From Bdellovibrionales bacterium (GTDB taxonomy: Bacteria > Bdellovibrionota > Bdellovibrionia > Bdellovibrionales > UBA1609): DNA of 64,000 bases. The DNA lies in the NCBI GenBank assembly GCA_027317865.1, contig DAHVQG010000007.1, positions 102,282-166,281 on the forward strand, read 5' to 3'. The notes under the pieces were generated by a model. The model was not told the DNA's origin. It was given only the letters and a program-made list of their open reading frames with translations, and ran no database searches. Position numbers and translations under genes: made by a program. Positions 57,258 through 64,000 of the stretch are shown piece after piece; the stretch's first letter is position 1, and every line of letters starts with the position of its first letter.

Positions 57258-57713
57258 ATGAAGAACAGGTTTTTTACGCGAGTGATCCCCATCGCGGCTC
57301 TGGGGATACTTGTACTGTTTAAGTTTGAAAATTGCGCTCCTGCTGCCAATTTTGCAAGTTCGGCGTCAACGAGCAATACTGTAAAAATTGTCGATAATTG
57401 GAATTCTTCGCCAGTACAGTTTGTGAACCCCACACAAGTAGTGACTTCAAATTCGACCGTTGTACAAGGGTTGTGTGTCGGTAACCCGAACGGTACAGTC
57501 GTCAATTGGGCGATAACTTCAGCGCAAAATCCAGATCAAATTCTCGATTCAGGACAAGTGGAATGTAAAAATGGTGAATTCGAAGTGGCCGTGAATTCAC
57601 TTTCTTTTCAATCGTGTTCCGATCAATTTGAAGTCCGCGCGGCATCGACATACAACGCGGGTCAAATGGCCACTACGTTCTTAGAGCCGGACTGCCCATC
57701 GGCGACCCAATAA
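57258..57713 (+). CDS. Hypothetical lipoprotein with atypical F-x-N-C signal
   Basis: Signal ending LFKFENC, Ser/Asn/Thr-rich beta domain with four further Cys. Confidence 0.72.
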   Translation: MKNRFFTRVIPIAALGILVLFKFENCAPAANFASSASTSNTVKIVDNWNSSPVQFVNPTQVVTSNSTVVQGLCVGNPNGTVVNWAITSAQNPDQILDSGQVECKNGEFEVAVNSLSFQSCSDQFEVRAASTYNAGQMATTFLEPDCPSATQ

Positions 57714-59043
57714 TTTCACCGTCACGCATACTGATATGACCGCCAACAATTGTGGCGACAACCCAGCCGTGAACTTTGTAACCGTCAAATGGTGTCCACT
57801 TGCAGCGGCTTTCGATCCATGAATTCGTGATCGTTTTTTCGGCGTTCAAATCGACCAGTGCAAAATCCGCATCTTTACCGATTTGAATTGAACCCTTTGA
57901 GTTTAGACGAAATAGCTGCGCGGGATTGTAACTTGTCAGCTCCACAAGCCGCGCTAGGCTAAGTCGATTATTATGCACATGATCGAGCATGACCGGTAAA
58001 AGTGTTTGGACCCCCGGCATTCCCGATGGCGATTTCGGATAAATTTGCTTTTTTTCGGCCAGGGTGTGAGGTGCGTGGTCCGATCCGATTGTCGTCGCGA
58101 GACCGTCACGTACGGCCGTCCATATTGCTTCGTAATGGCGCTTGTCGCGTATGGGCGGATTCATTTGCGCGAGAGTTCCGAGTTTTGCATAACATTCTGG
58201 AGCGACAAGAGTCAGATGTTGAGGGGTGACTTCAAATGTCACATGGCCGTTACGATGCACGCGAAAAAAATCGATCTCTTCGGCGGTGGAGATATGAAGA
58301 ATATGCGCGTGCTTCGAATATTTTTCGGCCAACGCGACAATTTTCTTGGTGGCGATCAACGCCGTTTCGACATCGCGCCAATCCGGGTGCATCTCAACTT
58401 GACCCGGCGCCTGTTCAACTATACGGCGCCGTTCACTGAGCCGGGGATTATCTTCGGCGTGCACAGCAAATGGCCGGGTTAATTTTGAAACCACACGCTC
58501 TAAATTTTCGTCGGATCCGATTATCAGATTGCCAGTGGAGCTGCCCATGAAGATTTTTACTCCACAAACATTGCGATGGTTTTCTAGTTCGGCGAGTTTA
58601 TCAATATTTGAAGGGGACGCTCCGATATAAAATGCGTAATTCACCCAGCACTTATTTTGTGCACGGCTGACTTTATCCGCGACATCAAGTGCAGTTAGAG
58701 TCGGCGGTTTCGTGTTGGGCATGTCAAAAAACGTGGTGACACCGCCCATGAGCGCGGCACGCGACCCACTGACGAGATCTTCTTTTTCAGGGAACCCGGG
58801 ATCGCGAAAATGAACTTGCGTATCGATTGCTCCCGGTAAAAGTGTAAGCCCGCGAGCTTGAATTTTTGATTTTGCTTCGCTTTGGTTAAGCGCACCGATC
58901 GCCGCAATTTTCTTGTTTGAAATCCCGACGTCCGCGACTTCCACCGTCCGCCGGCCTTTTTCGCGATTATGAGGTGCAACAATTGTTGCACCTGAAATGA
59001 TCAAATCGAATGGCGGTGAAATTTCTGATGACATATTTTGCAT
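57673..59043 (-). CDS. pyrC: Dihydroorotase (class I, amidohydrolase)
   Basis: LLPGAIDTQVHFRDPG, DMPNT.P, KIFMGSSTG, HAED, HILHIS, EVTPQHL, MNPPIR, GSDHAPH; start ATG 59043 or 59034. Confidence 0.88.
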   Translation of the reverse strand: MQNMSSEISPPFDLIISGATIVAPHNREKGRRTVEVADVGISNKKIAAIGALNQSEAKSKIQARGLTLLPGAIDTQVHFRDPGFPEKEDLVSGSRAALMGGVTTFFDMPNTKPPTLTALDVADKVSRAQNKCWVNYAFYIGASPSNIDKLAELENHRNVCGVKIFMGSSTGNLIIGSDENLERVVSKLTRPFAVHAEDNPRLSERRRIVEQAPGQVEMHPDWRDVETALIATKKIVALAEKYSKHAHILHISTAEEIDFFRVHRNGHVTFEVTPQHLTLVAPECYAKLGTLAQMNPPIRDKRHYEAIWTAVRDGLATTIGSDHAPHTLAEKKQIYPKSPSGMPGVQTLLPVMLDHVHNNRLSLARLVELTSYNPAQLFRLNSKGSIQIGKDADFALVDLNAEKTITNSWIESRCKWTPFDGYKVHGWVVATIVGGHISMRDGEIIGSPMGSPALRT

Positions 59044-59081
59044 CACGCTAGCACACGGCTCGACTGAAGACCAGTTCATTG

Positions 59082-59110
59082 TTGACCGGTCATTCGCTGG
59101 TCTAGACAAT
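59082..59110 (+). promoter_or_regulatory. sigma70 promoter, likely leaderless transcript of the 59117 gene
   Basis: TTGACC-17 nt-GACAAT, then 6 nt to GTG 59117. Confidence 0.5.
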
Positions 59111-59116
59111 AAATAG

Positions 59117-60229
59117 GTGACACTCGACGCTTTTTTGCATTTTTTTATCCAGCATAACGAAACAATCATTTTGCTTACGATCGCGATCATTTGTTTGCTT
59201 TCGGTTTACGTCGTATTTCGACAAGTTTTTCGGACTTCGTCGTCGTCGCTCGACGCCGTTGATTTTTCAAAAATTGAAGACACGCTCAAAAAACTTTTGA
59301 GCCAAACACATAGCGCGATTGATTCCGTGAGCGGCGCAACGGCCGATGGTTCGGGTCGAGTGACAGGTTCCGGTACCGGCGTAACGGGGGCGACTGCGTC
59401 TTTAGGTAATGCAAATGCCGACGGGCCGGCGCTTAAAAAAGAGCTTGAAGCGCGGGCAGCGATGATCGAAGAACTGAAAAAACAAGTCGTTGATGCGAAG
59501 GCCAATGAAGGCGCATCTGCGGAATTGCTTGCGAAGATCAAAGACCTCGAAGGCAAACTTGCAGAATACGAAATCATTGAAGACGATATCGCCGATCTAT
59601 CTCATTATAAAGAAGAAAACGCCCGTCTCAAAAAACAGTTGGAACAAATCAGCCGCGGTGGTCCCGCTCTTGTAGATCAATTTGCCGATGCGGTGAAGAG
59701 CGATGCATCGACTGCGAATGCGGCACCTGTGCCCAATCCCGCTAAACCAAGTGAGCCAGCACCAACTGCGGCGCCACCAGCGGAACCAACTAAACCGCAA
59801 ACGGTGGAAGAGGCCGTGCAAGCCGCACAAGCAAAAGTTGTACCTCCGCCTGTTGACGATAAAACAAAAGTTGGCGACACGCTTGAATTCAGCGCCGATA
59901 AAAAGCCGGACGCCAGCCCAAAACCAGAAAGTGACGCGCCAAATGCTGAAAACGCTCCCGCAAAGCCGGCACAGAAAGAGGCAAAAGGTGACATTTTTGC
60001 GGAGTTTTCTGGAGCTGAGGCCGAAGGATCTGATCCTCTTGCGGCCCTTGGCGAAATTGACACCAACCGCATGCTTGAAGAATTGAAAGATCTCAACGGC
60101 GATTTGCAGGGTAGCCCTGAAACGGCAAACGACCCGGCCGATAAAGACAAGGGTTCAGACGAGGCCGCTAAATTAGCCGGCGATAAAAAAGTTGCTGGGG
60201 CCCCGGCAACTAAAAGCGAAGTTTCATGA
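59117..60229 (+). CDS. Membrane-anchored coiled-coil protein with long Pro/Ala/acidic low-complexity tail
   Basis: One N-terminal TM, coiled coil (LKKELE...KLAEYEIIEDDIADLSHYKEENARLKKQLE), PA-rich disordered C-terminal half. Confidence 0.8.
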   Translation: MTLDAFLHFFIQHNETIILLTIAIICLLSVYVVFRQVFRTSSSSLDAVDFSKIEDTLKKLLSQTHSAIDSVSGATADGSGRVTGSGTGVTGATASLGNANADGPALKKELEARAAMIEELKKQVVDAKANEGASAELLAKIKDLEGKLAEYEIIEDDIADLSHYKEENARLKKQLEQISRGGPALVDQFADAVKSDASTANAAPVPNPAKPSEPAPTAAPPAEPTKPQTVEEAVQAAQAKVVPPPVDDKTKVGDTLEFSADKKPDASPKPESDAPNAENAPAKPAQKEAKGDIFAEFSGAEAEGSDPLAALGEIDTNRMLEELKDLNGDLQGSPETANDPADKDKGSDEAAKLAGDKKVAGAPATKSEVS

Positions 60230-60876
60230 GAAGAGTTTTTTTCGCCGCGGTATTTTGTGGGTCAGTATTTTGTGGAGCGCAAAGTTGGGCCGCTTTAGCA
60301 AAGGTTGTTCCGTCACTTCAATCATTGCAGAAAATTGCTTTCGATCAACAAGAGCCATTGGTGATACGGTGGCGAGCGGTGACGTCAGCCGGGCGAATTT
60401 ACGGTCCCGGGGCGCAACATTTTTTGGCGCAATCCATGCGACGGCCCGAATGGTTTTTGCGAAATGCGGCACTTGTTGTTGTACCTTATGCACACCGAAA
60501 ATGGGCCATTCGGTGGAGTTGCCGACTTCTCAATGACCCGTCTTTAGTCGTTCGAACGGCCGCAGTCGAAGCTTTACGCAAATTGCACGCAAAAGGGGCT
60601 CGGCCGGAATTGTGGCAAAAGCTGTACGCCAAACAAAATTTCCGTCACGGATATTCGTTATGGATTCGGCAAAACATCGTGAAAGCACTTTCGACGATGG
60701 CGACCCCCAAAGATGAGGGGAGATTTGTTCGCATCCTCTCTGATCGTGACCGTGCGCTTCGCCCGCTGGCCATTGCAGCACTACAAAAACTTGCATATCT
60801 GAACTACAAAACGCCCGCTCAGTGGGATTCTTGGTGGTCAAAACACCAGAAACTTCGTCTAACAAGTCGCCCATAA
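60226..60876 (+). CDS. Exported HEAT-repeat protein
   Basis: Signal peptide ending SWA-A; PEWFLRNAAL, DPSLVVRTAAVEAL, DRDRALR..AIAAL repeats; ATGA overlap. Confidence 0.8.
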   Translation: MRRVFFAAVFCGSVFCGAQSWAALAKVVPSLQSLQKIAFDQQEPLVIRWRAVTSAGRIYGPGAQHFLAQSMRRPEWFLRNAALVVVPYAHRKWAIRWSCRLLNDPSLVVRTAAVEALRKLHAKGARPELWQKLYAKQNFRHGYSLWIRQNIVKALSTMATPKDEGRFVRILSDRDRALRPLAIAALQKLAYLNYKTPAQWDSWWSKHQKLRLTSRP

Positions 60877-60943
60877 GCGTCTTCGACGTTTACAATATTT
60901 CATGCCTGTCGAGCTTATAAACGCTCAAGATTGAAACCGGAGT

Positions 60944-60959
60944 TGGCAAGCCGATTGCT
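60944..60959 (+). promoter_or_regulatory. sigma54 (-24/-12) promoter for the 61007 lipoprotein gene
   Basis: TGGCAAGCCGATTGCT with exact GG-N10-GC spacing, 47 nt upstream of the ATG. Confidence 0.65.
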
Positions 60960-61006
60960 GCTTGTTTGGTTCACGCATTGTGAACTACCTCAAGTGGAGG
61001 CTCGAA

Positions 61007-61483
61007 ATGAAGTGGTTTAATATTGTACTCAGCGGTGTGGCACTGGCTTTTATCGCGGGATGTGGCGCGAGTGCGCATCATATTCAAGGCACAAGTGGCC
61101 CAACTATCGGCCCGGTGGATTCGATTCCGCTACGAACGGATCTTATGGGCGATTGGGCCGGTAAATGTGTGCCAAATGGCAAGACGTCGACTCAAAAGAT
61201 TTTGCATTTCAACAGTAACGGCAGCCATTATTCTTATGAGCGTGAATATGCCAATTTGAATTGCAAAGGCGAGCCGGCAGTTTCAACGCGGGCAAAAGCT
61301 GCCGAGAGACCTTCGCGCGATTTGATCAGCCCATATTCGGCCAAGTATGCATTGGGCGCCATTCACTTCAAATCGGGCGACGATGTCGACGCTTTCATCA
61401 GTCGCGACAAATTGGAGACGTGGGACCGTTCGGGCAAAGGCGGAGACAAGTCGATCAAAATTTATACGCGGATAAAAAACTAA
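61007..61483 (+). CDS. Hypothetical lipoprotein (lipocalin-like GxW start)
   Basis: Lipobox IAGC, LMGDWAGKC ... C pair; ATG 61007 with SD GGAGG. Confidence 0.75.
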   Translation: MKWFNIVLSGVALAFIAGCGASAHHIQGTSGPTIGPVDSIPLRTDLMGDWAGKCVPNGKTSTQKILHFNSNGSHYSYEREYANLNCKGEPAVSTRAKAAERPSRDLISPYSAKYALGAIHFKSGDDVDAFISRDKLETWDRSGKGGDKSIKIYTRIKN

Positions 61484-61990
61484 CTAGTCGCTATTGCCGC
61501 GTTGATACGCGGCTTTGAGCGCGCGCTGAATTTGGATATTGCGTTCAATGCGATAAAGAATCGATCCTTCTTCAAGCCCGTCGCTTGGCATGTGTTCGAC
61601 GCCAGAAAAAAAATCTTTTTGCACGTCGATATATTTCGTGATGAACACTTTGCAGGCCGGATGGCCTTTGATTCCACCACGTAAAACAATGACTTTCAGC
61701 CGGTAAGTGAAATTAGGGTATTTGTAATGCTCGTTGAAAGGCGCTGACCAAACTTGGCCATTTCGAATAGAGTCGGTCGTGATCAACCCTTCGTCAACGT
61801 TATTTATTTCGATTGGGTAATTGGCCATCGCCTGTTGAACAGCTTGCCAGACTTCGTCATACGACGCTTTTATGATAATGGTTCGTGGGCCGTAATGAAA
61901 TTCGTTTGCCGTGCTCGTCGTAGCACAACCGCCAAGAAAAAGTGGCAATTGCCATAGAATCAAAGCGGCTGCTAACAGAACTGTTTTCAC
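61484..61990 (-). CDS. Hypothetical lipoprotein (BamC-like helix-grip pattern)
   Basis: Lipobox LGGC, ASYDEVWQAVQ, YPI..N.DEGLITTD, SDGLEE.SILYRIER; GTG start with SD GGAGG. Confidence 0.75.
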   Translation of the reverse strand: MKTVLLAAALILWQLPLFLGGCATTSTANEFHYGPRTIIIKASYDEVWQAVQQAMANYPIEINNVDEGLITTDSIRNGQVWSAPFNEHYKYPNFTYRLKVIVLRGGIKGHPACKVFITKYIDVQKDFFSGVEHMPSDGLEEGSILYRIERNIQIQRALKAAYQRGNSD

Positions 61991-62010
61991 CCCGTCACCC
62001 TCCAGAGTGT

Positions 62011-63639
62011 CTACATTGCATCACTACCGCTGCCTTGCGCTTTAAAACTGTATGAGTTGCGACTGATGTGGGTAACTGTATCTAAAAAGTATTTATGCAT
62101 GACGTGTTTTTGCTGGCCGTCGGTCTCGCGCCCCAAGAAATAGACTTCCCATCGGTAAGATTGACCGGGCACAAGCGGATTAAGCACGTGTGGCACATGA
62201 ATATTTGTGACCCAACCTTTGCTGTACCCTTCATAAAGGCGAAACCGCTGCGCAAGGCGATAGCGACCGGCGTTGATTAGATCAATTCGCGATAATACGA
62301 CGTAAGTGGCGACCGGCATAATGCCCGCGACTGGCTCTGGCGGAGTTAACGTCAATGAATCAAGACTATTCATAACGGGAGGTGCAACGAGCGGCATAAA
62401 TTGTGCCGAAATACTTCGGTTAGCAGTTAAACTTTGAAACGCGATGCTTTGTCCGCTCAGAGGTGAAGACGTAGAACGTAGAAAATCCATCTCCTGCATT
62501 TGTACAAAACCGATTAAATTATTGATCACGACTTGCACGGCTAATTCGGGCTGTTCATTTAAGCTGAGCGGGCTTTCTACGTTTTGTTTTTGCTTTTTCA
62601 CCATGAGCAAACTGATTACCGCCTTTGTATCAGTCCCGCCCGGCACAGCTAAATTTTGTGTTTGTTGAGAAGCCACTTGTTTGAGGTCCGTTGCGTAATA
62701 GACGCCGTGGTCTTCGATGAGCGGCAATGAAACCATGGCCATTCCGGCGGGGATTTGTGGCGCCTGTACCGTTATTGAATGGTCAAAAATCATATTGTTA
62801 ACCGAGATGTTTTGGCCGTTGGCGCCAGAGGCGGTCGCGTTTACTGTTCGTTCACCACCACTGATAAAATGAAAATCATTTAAGACATCGTAAAAAGACC
62901 GGCCGCCGCGCAATTCGCCGACGACTCGACTGAACGGGAACTGGCCATGAATTGCGATCATTTTGTATCGACCGGGTTGCCGCACATACATGCTATAAGC
63001 GGGCTTATCAAACTCGATCGGAAAGAAATAATAAGTCTGTGATTGATCGGGGAGGGTCAAATTACTCGGCACGGACACGCTGGTGAACGAAACGGGAATC
63101 TTATCAAATCGCGTACTAATAACTGAACTGACGTCAAATTGCGCCATTTGCCGCCGGCTCAGTGCGGGGTAAACGAGTCCGAAATCCATTTGGCCATTTT
63201 GCCCGGGGTTTTGAAATCCAGTTGTTGAACCTTTAATCGCGATATCATTTTTGCTGTCGACCGTATTGATCTCAAAAACTGCCGGTTTCGGGGCAACATT
63301 AAAAAATGTGGTCGTAATATACCCTGCCGCCGTGACTGTTAGCGGTTCAGAAGTGTTCCATTGCGCAGGTATCGCAAAAGACCCGTGTTGATTTGTGTGG
63401 GTGCGATTATTGGTAAATGGCCCGTTAAGTCCATCGCCGATCAATATGTCGGCTCCTGCAATCGGCCGACCGTACGAATTTTCAATTGTAATTGAGTTAT
63501 TGTTGGCGCGCGAAGCCGTGAATACGGTATTGGCCGGTATAGCGTGCACCGTTATGCCGGTGACCGCCAACGTAAATGTTGCGAGGGCAATCGTTACCGA
63601 CGTGGCGCTCAATTTAGTTCTGATACCCATCTCCCCCAT
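62011..63639 (-). CDS. Hypothetical secreted protein with N-terminal carboxypeptidase-regulatory-like (CarboxypepD_reg) domain
   Basis: Signal peptide ending VHA-I, GRPIAGADILI...TNQHGSF...TAAGY pattern; ATG 63639 with SD AAGGAGG. Confidence 0.75.
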   Translation of the reverse strand: MGEMGIRTKLSATSVTIALATFTLAVTGITVHAIPANTVFTASRANNNSITIENSYGRPIAGADILIGDGLNGPFTNNRTHTNQHGSFAIPAQWNTSEPLTVTAAGYITTTFFNVAPKPAVFEINTVDSKNDIAIKGSTTGFQNPGQNGQMDFGLVYPALSRRQMAQFDVSSVISTRFDKIPVSFTSVSVPSNLTLPDQSQTYYFFPIEFDKPAYSMYVRQPGRYKMIAIHGQFPFSRVVGELRGGRSFYDVLNDFHFISGGERTVNATASGANGQNISVNNMIFDHSITVQAPQIPAGMAMVSLPLIEDHGVYYATDLKQVASQQTQNLAVPGGTDTKAVISLLMVKKQKQNVESPLSLNEQPELAVQVVINNLIGFVQMQEMDFLRSTSSPLSGQSIAFQSLTANRSISAQFMPLVAPPVMNSLDSLTLTPPEPVAGIMPVATYVVLSRIDLINAGRYRLAQRFRLYEGYSKGWVTNIHVPHVLNPLVPGQSYRWEVYFLGRETDGQQKHVMHKYFLDTVTHISRNSYSFKAQGSGSDAM

Positions 63640-63855
63640 GATTCCCTCCTTGGCTCGATCGTGCCGTATATTCCAAATTATCGCCTGTTTCTGCTTGAAC
63701 CCAGGGCTAGTCATATTGAAGGTCGACGTTGTGATCGCAGTCAAGCGAAGTTGACTATGGAGAAATGAGCCGGTAAAAATGACGCTCTTGTTCATCAATT
63801 CGCACGGAGCAATTGTGCAGAATTGAGCGTCTCACGATAATGGTGAGGTGATTGT

Positions 63856-63932
<77 letters not shown>

Positions 63933-64000
63933 TCAAACTCGCGATCCTCTTTTCAGACATCGTTGCCCCTTCACTCGCATCGTTGCGACGTACGAGTACG

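Noticed and set aside
58790..58840. Dihydroorotase DTQVH instead of DxHxH as a sign of inactivation
   Set aside because: The Gln variant is a recurrent natural form in this dihydroorotase subgroup, and the other metal and catalytic residues are intact
59206..60150. Antisense ORFs (123 aa, 157 aa) opposite the coiled-coil gene, and similar long shadow ORFs (33803-34363, 35249-35818, 52827-53273, 5918-6385)
   Set aside because: Fully nested in better-supported genes, no motifs or SD, and composition mirrors the codon bias of the real frame
63933..64000. Possible integrative element at the tRNA 3' end
   Set aside because: Only 68 nt are visible, and I saw no direct repeat of the tRNA end or integrase in the window

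Overview
Gene-dense bacterial chromosomal window, almost certainly from a Bdellovibrionota (Bdellovibrio-like predator) genome. This is inferred from gene content and order: a Bd1075-like LD-carboxypeptidase divergent from fliL followed by an M16 peptidase pair, tilS-ftsH-cdaA-cdaR-glmM, cmk-rpsA-sppA, an FxNC-type lipoprotein and many secreted proteases. It holds about 69 CDS, one elongator tRNA-Met(CAU) near the right end and one truncated GNAT remnant. I saw no CRISPR array, rRNA, transposase or integrase. Most notable observations: (1) an intact hydantoinase/oxoprolinase A+B pair in which both subunits have lost their ATP- and metal-binding motifs, a candidate repurposed pseudoenzyme complex; (2) a very Arg-rich KGG-motif protein with an H3-tail-like N-terminus behind a perfect sigma54 promoter, plus two other sigma54-driven orphan exported proteins; (3) repeated sigma70/sigma28 promoters placed 6-7 nt before start codons, implying frequent leaderless mRNAs; (4) acid-residue-poor periplasmic domains hinting at an acidophilic predator; (5) an orphan secreted pair with coiled-coil/hydrophobic-hairpin architecture; (6) a c-di-AMP synthesis module. 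All functional calls come from motif recognition by eye, and no database searches were run.
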